Source of the DNA: an uncultured Christensenella sp.
Lineage (GTDB): Bacteria > Bacillota > Clostridia > Christensenellales > UBA1242
Direction of reading: 5' to 3'
Assembly: GCA_949282135.1 (NCBI GenBank)
Contig: CASDOR010000001.1
Span: 2,730-66,729, forward strand
DNA length: 64,000 nt
Shown here piece after piece: positions 8,703 to 18,267 of this stretch. Positions within the stretch are counted from its first letter, which is position 1. Each line of letters starts with the position of its first letter. A program made the position numbers and the translations under genes. Under the pieces are notes generated by a model, which had not been told where the DNA came from, searched no databases, and worked only from the letters and a program-made list of their open reading frames with translations.

Positions 8703-9606
8703 ATGTGTTGCTAAACCATTTTTAAAATGGGCTGGCGGAAAAGGTCAACTTCTTGATGCTTTTGATAAAATCTTCCCACAAGAACTTATCAATGGAAAAA
8801 TTAAAACATACATTGAACCTTTTGTTGGCGGCGGTGCTGTTTTGTTTCATATATTACAAAATTACAAAATTGAAAAAGCATACATCAACGACATAAATAA
8901 GGAACTTATAAATTGTTATCGTTGCATTAAAGCTGATGTCGAAGAGGTTATAAAGCCATTAAGTATTTTAGAAAATGACTATCTATCTAGCGAAGATAGA
9001 GCCAAATATTTTTACAATGTGAGAGAGCGTTATAATCAAATTCACTTGAATGGTCACTATGATTATGAAAAATGTGCAGATTTTATATTTTTAAACCACA
9101 CTTGTTTCAATGGACTTTATAGAGTTAATAAAGATGGAAAATTTAATGTTCCACACGGAAAATATAAGAATCCTTTAATTTGCGATAAAGAAAATTTAAG
9201 ACTTTGCTCTCAGTTATTGCAAAAGGTTGAAATCAGTTTTGGAGATTATAGACAAGCCTTGTCAAATGCGGATAAAGATAGTTTTGTATATTTCGATCCC
9301 CCATATAGACCACTGATAGAAAATAATTCGTTTGTAAATTATGACAAAACCGGATTTGATGATAATGACCAGATTGAATTATCACAGAACTATAAAAAAT
9401 TAGATAAACAAAACTGCTTGCTAATGCTTTCAAATTCAGACCCCAAAAACACAAATGAAAATGATAACTTTTTTGATGACTTATATAAGGGCTTTAACAT
9501 TGAAAGGGTTTACGCAAAAAGAATGATAAATTGCCAGGCAAGTAAGCGTGGAAATATCACAGAAATAGTTGTTATGAATTACAAAAGGAGAAAAAATGAT
9601 GAGTAA
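8695..9606 (+). CDS. Dam/DpnM-family (D12 class) N6-adenine DNA methyltransferase
   Basis: KPFLKWAGGK, YIEPFVGGGAV, FNGLYRVN..G.FNVP.G and FDPPY motifs. Confidence 0.95.
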   Translation: MCKCVAKPFLKWAGGKGQLLDAFDKIFPQELINGKIKTYIEPFVGGGAVLFHILQNYKIEKAYINDINKELINCYRCIKADVEEVIKPLSILENDYLSSEDRAKYFYNVRERYNQIHLNGHYDYEKCADFIFLNHTCFNGLYRVNKDGKFNVPHGKYKNPLICDKENLRLCSQLLQKVEISFGDYRQALSNADKDSFVYFDPPYRPLIENNSFVNYDKTGFDDNDQIELSQNYKKLDKQNCLLMLSNSDPKNTNENDNFFDDLYKGFNIERVYAKRMINCQASKRGNITEIVVMNYKRRKNDE

Positions 9607-10423
9607 TATTGTTGAATTAAATGATGTTGAGATAAAAGAAAGTTTGGAACAATTATATAACTCTTTCGACAATGGATATGAATTTGAGCAATTTTTAAAA
9701 GTATTTTTAGAAAAAATTGGACTTGAAGAAGTAGTGGTGACTCAAAGATCTAGAGATGGCGGGATAGATTTAACTTGTGTTAAATCAGGCATCAATGGTT
9801 TATCAACTCTAGATGAAGTTAAGTATTATGTTCAAGCAAAACGTTTTAAGCCAAGTTCTACCGTTTCAATAAAAGATTTGAGAGAATTAAGAGGAGTTAT
9901 GCCTTTAAACTATAAAGGCATATTCATTACAACTGCTAAATTCCCTAGCGGAGCAAAAGAATTTGCGGAAGAAGACAACACAAGACAAATAATTTTAATT
10001 GATGGTAAAACTCTAATACAACAATGCATAACAATAGGTTTGGGATTTAATTTTAAACCAGTATTTGATGCAAACACCCTAGAAATTAAAACGTTAAACA
10101 ATCAGAATAATAACAATCCCAATGATAATTTTGTTTTTACTGTTAGTAAAAAAATAAGTTTAAATGATATACGGGCAAGAATTTTAAGAATTCCTTCTGA
10201 AATAGAGAAGGAACTTCCTCATGAAAAGTCTAATATAAATGTATTAATCAATGGCAAAGAATATAAATTAAACATCAATGCAGATAGAACTTATTTGGGC
10301 GGAGTGACCAAAATTTACAAAGATGAAGGTTTAATATTAGAAAATAATTTATATATATCCAAACTTGCAACATGGTATTATTCAAAAGAAAAAATAGTAA
10401 TAGAAATCAAAGGAGAAAATTAA
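9596..10423 (+). CDS. Mrr-like PD-(D/E)XK endonuclease with an extra C-terminal domain
   Basis: FEQF...RDGGIDL...YVQAKRF...GIFITTAKF...LIDG is the Mrr catalytic domain; ~110-aa unassigned C-terminal domain. Confidence 0.85.
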   Translation: MMSNIVELNDVEIKESLEQLYNSFDNGYEFEQFLKVFLEKIGLEEVVVTQRSRDGGIDLTCVKSGINGLSTLDEVKYYVQAKRFKPSSTVSIKDLRELRGVMPLNYKGIFITTAKFPSGAKEFAEEDNTRQIILIDGKTLIQQCITIGLGFNFKPVFDANTLEIKTLNNQNNNNPNDNFVFTVSKKISLNDIRARILRIPSEIEKELPHEKSNINVLINGKEYKLNINADRTYLGGVTKIYKDEGLILENNLYISKLATWYYSKEKIVIEIKGEN

Positions 10424-10425
10424 TT

Positions 10426-10965
10426 ATGATAAAAAATGGTAAAGGTGGTGGAAATACTAAAACGGGTTTGGTTTTTGAAGGAAGAGTTGATCTGTCCACC
10501 TTTTTAAGTCATCAACCGCATTATTCTATAAAGGGTCATGATGTTTATTTTGATAATGAGAAAGTCGCACGAGTATTTAAAAAGAATGATTTTTATTCAA
10601 TATTTCTTAAAGAATTGAATATTGATTGGACAAAATGTATATCTAAAAAATTATTGCCAGATGATAGCATTTTTGTATTACTAAACAATACTCTTTTTAT
10701 AATTGAATGTAAACATCAGCAAGTAGCAGGTTCGGTGGATGAAAAATTACAAACTTGTGATTTCAAGAAAAAACAATATAAGAAACTTATGGCACCAGCT
10801 AATATTGATGTCCAATATATCTATCTTCTTGATGAGTGGTTTAAAAACCCTAGATATAAGGATGTGCTAGATTACATTCAGTCTGTAGGATGCGACTATT
10901 ATTTTGAGTATATTCCATTAACAAAGTTAGGTTTGCCAGTTCCACCAGAAAATATTGAGGACTAA
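10426..10965 (+). CDS. PD-(D/E)XK nuclease, putative Type II restriction endonuclease (179 aa)
   Basis: LLPDD...IIECKHQ catalytic pattern; start at ATG10426 after AAGGAG; lies between two MTases. Confidence 0.75.
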   Translation: MIKNGKGGGNTKTGLVFEGRVDLSTFLSHQPHYSIKGHDVYFDNEKVARVFKKNDFYSIFLKELNIDWTKCISKKLLPDDSIFVLLNNTLFIIECKHQQVAGSVDEKLQTCDFKKKQYKKLMAPANIDVQYIYLLDEWFKNPRYKDVLDYIQSVGCDYYFEYIPLTKLGLPVPPENIED

Positions 10966-10967
10966 TA

Positions 10968-11687
10968 ATGGAAGAAAAATTTGAATTAGAAACCAATACG
11001 GTTTGGTCATTCCCAAATCGTGGTAAATGGGCAACGCATGATGCGAAATATCGTGGAAATTTTTCGCCTTATGTTGCCAAGAATATTATTTTACGTTATT
11101 CAAAACCAAATGACATTGTTCTGGATCAATTTGTTGGCGGCGGAACAACACTTATTGAATGTAAACTAAATAATCGTAATGCTATTGGCTTTGATATAAA
11201 TATAAAAGCTGTTGAGATAACCAAAGATAAATTAAATTTTGAAACTAAATATCAAAAAGATATAAAAGTAAATATTGGTGACGCTTGTAATTTGCAAGAT
11301 ATTGAAGATAATAGCATTGATTTAATTTGCACCCACCCACCTTATGCTGATATTATTAAATACAGTGAAGATATTGAAGGTGATTTATCTCATTTAAAAT
11401 ATAAAGATTTTCTTGTTGCAATTAAAAATGTAGCAAGTGAGTGTTTTAGAGTTTTAAAGAAAGATAAATTTTGCGCAATAGTTATGGGTGATACTCGCAA
11501 GAACGGAATGGTTCAACCATTAGGTTTTGAAGTTATGCAAAGGTTTATCAATGCTGGTTTCAAATTAAAAGAAATTATAATCAAAGAACAACACAACTGC
11601 AAGGCAACAGGTTTTTGGAAAACAAATAGTCAAAAATACAACTTTTTGCTTTTAGCACATGAGTATATTTTTATTTTTAAAAAGTAA
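10968..11687 (+). CDS. Second amino-methyltransferase (N4-C/N6-A DNA methylase family)
   Basis: DQFVGGGTT SAM-binding motif followed by THPPY catalytic motif. Confidence 0.88.
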   Translation: MEEKFELETNTVWSFPNRGKWATHDAKYRGNFSPYVAKNIILRYSKPNDIVLDQFVGGGTTLIECKLNNRNAIGFDINIKAVEITKDKLNFETKYQKDIKVNIGDACNLQDIEDNSIDLICTHPPYADIIKYSEDIEGDLSHLKYKDFLVAIKNVASECFRVLKKDKFCAIVMGDTRKNGMVQPLGFEVMQRFINAGFKLKEIIIKEQHNCKATGFWKTNSQKYNFLLLAHEYIFIFKK

Positions 11688-11698
11688 AAGGGGTAAAA

Positions 11699-13357
11699 AT
11701 GGATTTTGATTCAACGAATAGAAGTGTAAAAGAATTATTATCTGATAAAATTTTTAAAATTCCTATAAACCAAAGGAAATATGTTTGGTCAGAGCGAAAT
11801 TGGAAAGATCTTTTAACTGATGTATTTTTAGTTTGTGATGAAAATACAAAAGGACATTTTATAGGCAGTATAGTTTTAGAAGATAATGGGAAAAATGATG
11901 CGATTAAATTTTATAAAATAATTGATGGTCAGCAAAGGATTATATCTATTGTTATTTTATTATCGTCTTTATATCAAATTTATTTAGAAAAGGGAATGCT
12001 TAAGGAATCTGAAGCAATTAAAAGATACTGCTTTGCATTCAATTCAAATAATGATATGTTTTTTGTTTTGGAAAATGCTGAACCTGGATTAAAAGAGATG
12101 GTTATAGATGTTTTTTCTAAAACAGAAGCTTTTGACTTTATTTGGATTGAAAAACCTTTAAAAAATAAAAATAATGAAAATATTTTTAATGCATATAACT
12201 ATTTTTACGAACAATTAAAAAATAAAATATCTTTGCAAACAGATAAAAGAAAATATCTTTTAAAAATTTTTCAGACGATTATTGGTATTGATTATATTGA
12301 TGTTGTAACATCAGCAAGCGAAGATTCTTTTACCATATTTGAAATTTTAAATGCTAGAGGACAAAAACTTGAGGATTATGAGTTATTAAAAAATTTAGTA
12401 CTTAAATATTCGAAAAATAAAGAAGATACAAAAAATAAATGGCAAATTATATTGCAAAATGTAACAACAAAAGGTAAATGTTATATTAAAAATTTTATTA
12501 AACATTACAGCATGCACAAATATCTCAGTAAAAGTTATTCTTCTCCATATTTGGTTATTAGAGAAAATGTTGATAAAGCGAATATCGAAGATTTAATAAA
12601 TGATTTATTTGTAAAATCAAATATCTATAGAGAATTTTTGGCACCAGATGAAATAAATGAATCCGAATTACGCCGAAATATTTATGTGTTTTTTAATGCG
12701 AACAAACAAACACAATATCGTCCATTAATAATGAGTCTAACCAATCAGTTTAATAAAGGTCAAATGACTAAGGAACAATTTGACAATGCGTTGATATTCT
12801 TGAAAAAATATTTTATTTGCTTTACATTAATAAGTATGGAAAAGTCAAACAAAATAGAAAATGTTATTTATAAATATTCTAGCCTTTTAGAAAACAATTA
12901 CACTGATGAAAATTTGCGTGATTTAATTGATTCATTAAAAAATAAGTTTCCTTCAAAGATTTTGTTTTCTAAAAGGTTAGAAACTGTTGCATGGTCCCAC
13001 AAGCCAGATAGCCCCTACAATGAAGAAAAAATGAAGGAACGAATTAAAATAATATTTAATTTAATTGAAGAATTCAACACAGGCAGATCATGTATAGTCG
13101 ACTTTACAATTGAGCATATATTACCAGACGATGGTGGCGATACTAATTCAAAAATTGGCAATTTATTACCATTGGAAAGACATTTAAATGAGAGATGTAA
13201 AAATAAAACATTTTTAGAGAAGTTAAAGATCTACAACGAAAGTCAAATACAAAGTGTGAGAAAGTTTTGCACTATATATAAAAACCAACAATTTAGAATT
13301 GAATCAAGACATAACTATGTAGTAGACTTACTTTATGAAAAGATACTTACCTATTAA
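11699..13357 (+). CDS. DUF262-DUF1524 (fused GmrSD-like) endonuclease
   Basis: IPINQRKYVWS, IIDGQQRI and FEILNARG (DUF262); TIEHILP...IGNLLPL..HLN (DUF1524 HNH-like). Confidence 0.9.
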   Translation: MDFDSTNRSVKELLSDKIFKIPINQRKYVWSERNWKDLLTDVFLVCDENTKGHFIGSIVLEDNGKNDAIKFYKIIDGQQRIISIVILLSSLYQIYLEKGMLKESEAIKRYCFAFNSNNDMFFVLENAEPGLKEMVIDVFSKTEAFDFIWIEKPLKNKNNENIFNAYNYFYEQLKNKISLQTDKRKYLLKIFQTIIGIDYIDVVTSASEDSFTIFEILNARGQKLEDYELLKNLVLKYSKNKEDTKNKWQIILQNVTTKGKCYIKNFIKHYSMHKYLSKSYSSPYLVIRENVDKANIEDLINDLFVKSNIYREFLAPDEINESELRRNIYVFFNANKQTQYRPLIMSLTNQFNKGQMTKEQFDNALIFLKKYFICFTLISMEKSNKIENVIYKYSSLLENNYTDENLRDLIDSLKNKFPSKILFSKRLETVAWSHKPDSPYNEEKMKERIKIIFNLIEEFNTGRSCIVDFTIEHILPDDGGDTNSKIGNLLPLERHLNERCKNKTFLEKLKIYNESQIQSVRKFCTIYKNQQFRIESRHNYVVDLLYEKILTY

Positions 13358-13381
13358 ACTTTTTAAATTTTGGCAGTTAAA

Positions 13382-13511
13382 CGTGCGCTTGTCTTGATAC
13401 AAGTCGGTGTCGCTTCGCTCCACCGAAAGACAAGCACACGCTAATAATCCATTTGTGTTACAAAAAGAGCGGCTGCTGGCAGAGCGTAACGCAATCCGCT
13501 CTTTTGTTTTT
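13382..13511. other. Tandem GC-rich stem-loops after gmrSD-like gene (terminators or small-RNA candidate)
   Basis: Stem 13383-13395/13427-13439 (12/13) enclosing CGGTG/CACCG; second stem AAAAGAGCGG/CCGCTCTTTT (13463-13505) with T-runs on both strands. Confidence 0.6.
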
Positions 13512-13524
13512 TCTCTCTTTTTCT

Positions 13525-13552
13525 AGTATAAACGAATATTCTTTGTTGTCAA
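13525..13552 (-). promoter_or_regulatory. Near-consensus sigma-A promoter pointing leftwards into the hairpins
   Basis: Minus strand TTGACA-16 nt-TATACT. Confidence 0.55.
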
Positions 13553-13657
13553 GGTTAAAGTGAATGTCTAAAAATTTGCAAATTGAAAATTATAATAACA
13601 ACCTATGACAACGGCAGAAGTATTCGTTTTTTTGCAATTAAGAGAGAATTAAGTGCA

Positions 13658-13697
13658 AAAAGAAAACATAGGTGGTTTTTTACCTATGTTTCTCTTT
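13658..13697 (-). terminator. Hairpin just inside the right inverted repeat (probable terminator for yqeY-like gene)
   Basis: 10-bp perfect core AAACATAGGT/ACCTATGTTT with flanking A/T runs. Confidence 0.65.
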
Positions 13698-13786
13698 AAT
13701 ATTCTGCTAGTTTCAAAATTGCTTGACTAATTGCTAGCTCTTTTTAAATTAACTTTTTTAAACTGCATAAGACTTTATAATAAAAA

Positions 13787-14209
13787 TTACATTTCCTTAA
13801 GAGTCTTACTTACAAGTGCCATATCTACTTTTCCTAAGTAATTTTGTTTAAAATGTTTCATGACAGATGGGATTGACTTGTCATCAAGAGAAAGAATAAT
13901 ATTTTTTATTTCTGCTTCCTCTAACATCTTAGGTAGATAAATAGAAATAATTTCCTTTTGCTGAAGAATATTTTTAGATTGCTCTAGATTACCTGCCTTT
14001 TCATAACTTTCCGACTCGTCGGTCAGCTCTTTAATTGTTTTTTGAATAATTCTAATCATGTCCTCATCTGTCAATTCTTCGTTTTTTTCACGTTTTTTAA
14101 CTGTTTCAAGCATTGCTTTTGTCATAACGACTGAATATACCGCTCTTGCGTTTTGGTCTTTGTTTTTTAGTGCGACCATATTAGCACGTTTAATTTCATC
14201 TAAAATCAT
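13787..14209 (-). CDS. GatB/YqeY domain protein
   Basis: Helical 140 aa; ...MVALKNKD...LTDEDMIRIIQKTIKE...YLPKML...SVMK..K.GKVD pattern of YqeY. Confidence 0.85.
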   Translation of the reverse strand: MILDEIKRANMVALKNKDQNARAVYSVVMTKAMLETVKKREKNEELTDEDMIRIIQKTIKELTDESESYEKAGNLEQSKNILQQKEIISIYLPKMLEEAEIKNIILSLDDKSIPSVMKHFKQNYLGKVDMALVSKTLKEM

Positions 14210-14373
14210 CTTATCACTTCCTTTGCTTTATTATTTTGTTATATTTATTATAATTTGTCAATTAATTATGCACAATTATTTTCTTCCGTTTTATTTGTGT
14301 TTGTTTGACTAAAGCCATAAATTCATGTACAATTTTATTGTTAAGTTAGACAAACTATAGATAAGGGGGCAAA

Positions 14374-15768
14374 ATGAAAAGAGTAAAAAAATATTTGTTT
14401 TTGGCTTTAGTTTTTGTTGTTTTTCCACTTGTTTCTTTTGCGTGTAATGAGACAACCTTTGAGGATGTCCCATGGGGAAGTTCAAACTTAAGTGTAGAAG
14501 AGATTGTTTCTCAAGTGACTGCGAGTAAAAATGTTATGATTGAATCGGGCCTTGCTGTTGAATACAAAACTGTTACTACTTACAACTTCAAACAAACACT
14601 AAATAATGACTTTCAAAATAGAGTAGTTAGAGATGAGAAAACTACAATATTGTCAAATTGGAACTCGCAAAATGCTGTGGCAAAAGTCGAAAATTTAAGG
14701 TATATAGATGATATTTTGACTGAGACTTCTACTGAATATTATGTGAAATATCAAGGGCAAACAGGAGTTTCATGTTACCTTTATAGTGAGAATACGAGAT
14801 TAGTAAACGAGGCAGAGGTTACTACTTACAATAGAGAGAATTATAGTACAGTAGATAATCCTTTTCTGACTTTGCTTAGTGAAATAATTTATGATACGAA
14901 CATTACAGAAGTAAGTGTTGTTAGTGAAAAAGTTTTTGAAGAGGACTTGTACTATAGACTTACGTCTGAGGTGGGAGAACTTGCTGTTGTAAACAACAAA
15001 TTTAGTGAAAATGAGGATATTTTTTCAAATCCAAAATTATTTGAACTATATAACGAAACAGAAGATTATGTTATTTCTTTTAACTGTGAGTATGGACTAA
15101 ATGAGGCAGAGTATTTACAACATTTTGCACTATCTTATAATATTGAGAGAAGTAATGGCGTTTTTCATGAAAGAGAAACATATTTAAGTGTTAATTCTGT
15201 AACAACACTCTCTACGTATGGAAGAGATGTGGCGATTCCTTCTTCGCCAGAGAATGTTGATTTGTATACAGTTAGCGGATTTAAAGACTGTGTTTCAGAG
15301 GGCGATTCTTATATAACTTACCAAGACAATGCTTCTGGTCAAGGTCTTACAAATGAATATAGTGTATATAAAAAAGGTGATGACTATATTTTTAATGTCA
15401 GGGTTTATAATTCGCAAACAGCCGTTGGAGAAACTCAGCATTACTATGCATCTAAATTTAATGACGCCTTTACGATTTACCAAATTAATGTTGAAAATGG
15501 AACATATTATGATGTGACGAGCACAATTAATCCGCTTTTTTTAAGTTTTGATTATAATTTGGGTCTTGTAAATACCGACCAAGAGGAGGGAATATATCAA
15601 TTTGGTACGACAGAATCATATATAGAAATTAGATTAGTAAATGGTGAGGTGTATTCTGTTAAAACTCAAAATTCGGGAGCTCTTTATGTTGTGGAATATG
15701 GGTCAGGTATGCCAAGCGATGAAGTATTTTATGATATAGAAGATTTTGAATTTGTAGAAAGTGAGTAA
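14374..15768 (+). CDS. Hypothetical lipoprotein
   Basis: Basic N-terminus, hydrophobic core, lipobox-like VSFAC; acidic Tyr/Asn-rich mature part. Confidence 0.8.
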   Translation: MKRVKKYLFLALVFVVFPLVSFACNETTFEDVPWGSSNLSVEEIVSQVTASKNVMIESGLAVEYKTVTTYNFKQTLNNDFQNRVVRDEKTTILSNWNSQNAVAKVENLRYIDDILTETSTEYYVKYQGQTGVSCYLYSENTRLVNEAEVTTYNRENYSTVDNPFLTLLSEIIYDTNITEVSVVSEKVFEEDLYYRLTSEVGELAVVNNKFSENEDIFSNPKLFELYNETEDYVISFNCEYGLNEAEYLQHFALSYNIERSNGVFHERETYLSVNSVTTLSTYGRDVAIPSSPENVDLYTVSGFKDCVSEGDSYITYQDNASGQGLTNEYSVYKKGDDYIFNVRVYNSQTAVGETQHYYASKFNDAFTIYQINVENGTYYDVTSTINPLFLSFDYNLGLVNTDQEEGIYQFGTTESYIEIRLVNGEVYSVKTQNSGALYVVEYGSGMPSDEVFYDIEDFEFVESE

Positions 15769-15790
15769 ATAAAAAAAGGAGGGAATTTTT

Positions 15791-16702
15791 ATGTCACGAT
15801 CTAAAACACTCTTAATCATGGCAGGAGGACTGGGAAGTCGATTCGGAGGACTAAAACAGGTAGAACCTATTGATAAAGAGGGTAATTTTATTATAGACTA
15901 CTCGGTTTTTGATAGTATACGGGCTGGTTTTAATAAGGTGGTATTTGTTATAAAAAAAGAAAATTACAAGATTTTTAAAGAGACTATTGGTAAAAGAATT
16001 TCTAAAAAAATTAAGGTGGCTTATGCCTTTCAGGAAATGTCAAGTTTTGTGCCAGATAACTTTGATTATTCAAAGAGGGTGAAACCTTGGGGGACGGGGC
16101 ACGCTGTTTTATGTGCAAGAGATGAAGTTGATGGCGACTTTACAGTCATAAATGCAGATGATTTCTATGGCTATGATGGTTTTAGAGTCGCTTCAAAATT
16201 TTTTGATGACAACTTAGATCCTAATTTGTATGCTATAGTTTGTTACGAGGCAGGAAACACTTTAACAGAGAATGGTGCTGTAAAACGTGGTGTTTGTGAT
16301 ATAAGAAATGGTTATTTTTATGGCGTAAAAGAAAGTAGTATTGAGAAAAGGGATGGTAAAATTTTTGCTATAGAACTTGGAACTGAAAACGAAGAAGAAA
16401 TTACTGCTGATTGTTTGGTTAATATGAATTTAATTTGTTTTAGAAAAAACTACTTTGATGTGCTTGAAAAAAGGTTTAAAGACTTTTTGACAAATAAAAA
16501 TACTAATCTTGAGAAAGATGAATTTTTACTTTTAAATGAAGTCCCTTATGCAATGGAAACGCTTGGGTGTAGTATGAAAGTTCTTTCTACTTCGGCTGTG
16601 TGGCATGGGTTTACATATAAAGAAGACAAGGAAAAAGTTGTAAAAGCTTTAGATAAACTTAGGAAAAATGGCGAATATCCACCAAGTCTTTGGAATAATT
16701 AA
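15791..16702 (+). CDS. Sugar-phosphate nucleotidyltransferase (NTP_transferase family)
   Basis: MAGGLGSRFGGLKQ, KPWGTGHAV and VINADDFYG motifs. Confidence 0.92.
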   Translation: MSRSKTLLIMAGGLGSRFGGLKQVEPIDKEGNFIIDYSVFDSIRAGFNKVVFVIKKENYKIFKETIGKRISKKIKVAYAFQEMSSFVPDNFDYSKRVKPWGTGHAVLCARDEVDGDFTVINADDFYGYDGFRVASKFFDDNLDPNLYAIVCYEAGNTLTENGAVKRGVCDIRNGYFYGVKESSIEKRDGKIFAIELGTENEEEITADCLVNMNLICFRKNYFDVLEKRFKDFLTNKNTNLEKDEFLLLNEVPYAMETLGCSMKVLSTSAVWHGFTYKEDKEKVVKALDKLRKNGEYPPSLWNN

Positions 16703-17198
16703 TTTGTTTTTGGGTATTTTCATTGGAATAAACATTAATTAAGTGAGTAGTTATTTTATAACTTCAAAATTTACTATTTATGAGAAAGAATTAATAAATT
16801 TATTTTTATGCATAAAATAAAAAGGGTACGAGCTGTATTCTATAAAGAGTTTTTTAAAAGAATTTTTATTAATTCAAGGTAATAGCAATTAACTATGATA
16901 ATGTTGTATTTTTGTCGATTTAGCATAAAGTAGTTTAATATTAAAGTAAAAAATATACAGAGTATACTTATTTTAGGTATCTTGCTTTTTTCGTGTTATG
17001 TATTTAAATTTGACCTTTTTTGCGTTACGATCAAAGAAAAATTGGGTGATTATTATTAAAATATGAAAAATTGGTACAAAAAAGATAGGTTTTTGAACTA
17101 AAATTTATAATTATTTAAAAAAATGTGTATTTATACTTGATTTTGATTTTAGAGTGTGATAAGATTTCAAATAGTGAATAAAGGAGTTTGTGAAGTAA

Positions 17199-17966
17199 AT
17201 GTATAAGTTTTTTAAACGTTTTTTTGATATTATTATTTCATTAATAGCACTTATTGTGCTTTCTCCTGTTTTTTTGATTTTGGCTATTTTAGTTGCTTGT
17301 TTTAATGGTCTACCAGTTATATTTAAACAACCTAGGCCTGGGAAAAATGGTAAAATTTTTATGATGTACAAATTTAGAAGTATGTCCAACAAGAAGGATC
17401 AGTATGGTAACTTACTTCCTGACTCACAAAGGGTGACAAAGTTTGGCAGTTTTCTTAGAAAGACGAGCCTAGACGAATTGCCTCAACTTTGGAATGTTTT
17501 TAAAGGAGATATGAGCTTAGTTGGGCCTAGACCTAGACTTATAAAAGATGCGGTTTTTTATCCTGATTATGTTAAATCATTGAATGTTAGACCGGGGATT
17601 ACATGTCTTGCACATGTCAATGGTAGAAATCTTAACACATGGGATAGTGTGTTTATATATGATGAATTATATGTGGAGAGAATGTCTCTGAAACTTGATA
17701 TAAAAACTTTATTTCAGACTGTATCAGTTGTACTTAAGAAAACTGGTACAAATGACGGAACTCAGGATATGCAAGATTATTATTATGCCGACTATTTGCT
17801 TAGGATGGGGATGATAAGTCAGGAGCAATATGCTGAAGGAATAAATAGAGCAAAAAGAATTGAGAAAGAGTTTAGAGATTCAAGGAAATTTAGAAGGAAA
17901 TTTAATCTTAGTCCTACATACAAAGAAGTTGAAGATTTTGATCTGCAAGAGAAGAATGTTGATTAA
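17199..17966 (+). CDS. Priming phosphoglycosyl transferase (Bac_transf; PglC/EpsL-like)
   Basis: KRFFDI, single TM, YKFRSM, LRKTSLDELPQLWNV.KGDMSLVGPRP, RPGIT. Confidence 0.93.
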   Translation: MYKFFKRFFDIIISLIALIVLSPVFLILAILVACFNGLPVIFKQPRPGKNGKIFMMYKFRSMSNKKDQYGNLLPDSQRVTKFGSFLRKTSLDELPQLWNVFKGDMSLVGPRPRLIKDAVFYPDYVKSLNVRPGITCLAHVNGRNLNTWDSVFIYDELYVERMSLKLDIKTLFQTVSVVLKKTGTNDGTQDMQDYYYADYLLRMGMISQEQYAEGINRAKRIEKEFRDSRKFRRKFNLSPTYKEVEDFDLQEKNVD

Positions 17967-18267
17967 AGATTGTGGAGTATTCCATAATCTTTTTTTATTA
18001 AACATTGTTAAAATGAAGAATTTTGTTAAGCTGACAATTTTTTGAGAGAATTAATCAATTTGTGCTTTTAAGTCTATAAATAAAAATGAAATGACCATAG
18101 CTAAAAAGTAAAAAATATTAAAAATTTAATTGAAGAACAAGAATAGAAATTGTTAGTAAAATTTTTATTGATTTTACATGCAAAATTTAGTATAATCTTG
18201 ACGTAAAATATATTTAGGCAAAATAAAGGGATAAAATCCCTTTTGTTTTGTTGTAAAAGGATAAGAT

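Larger units (their letters stand above)
8342..13717. mobile_element. Restriction-modification/defence cassette bounded by a perfect 15-bp inverted repeat
   Basis: TTTGAAACTAGCAGA at 8342-8356 and its reverse complement at 13703-13717 enclose six co-oriented defence genes inserted between two minus-strand housekeeping genes. Confidence 0.55.
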
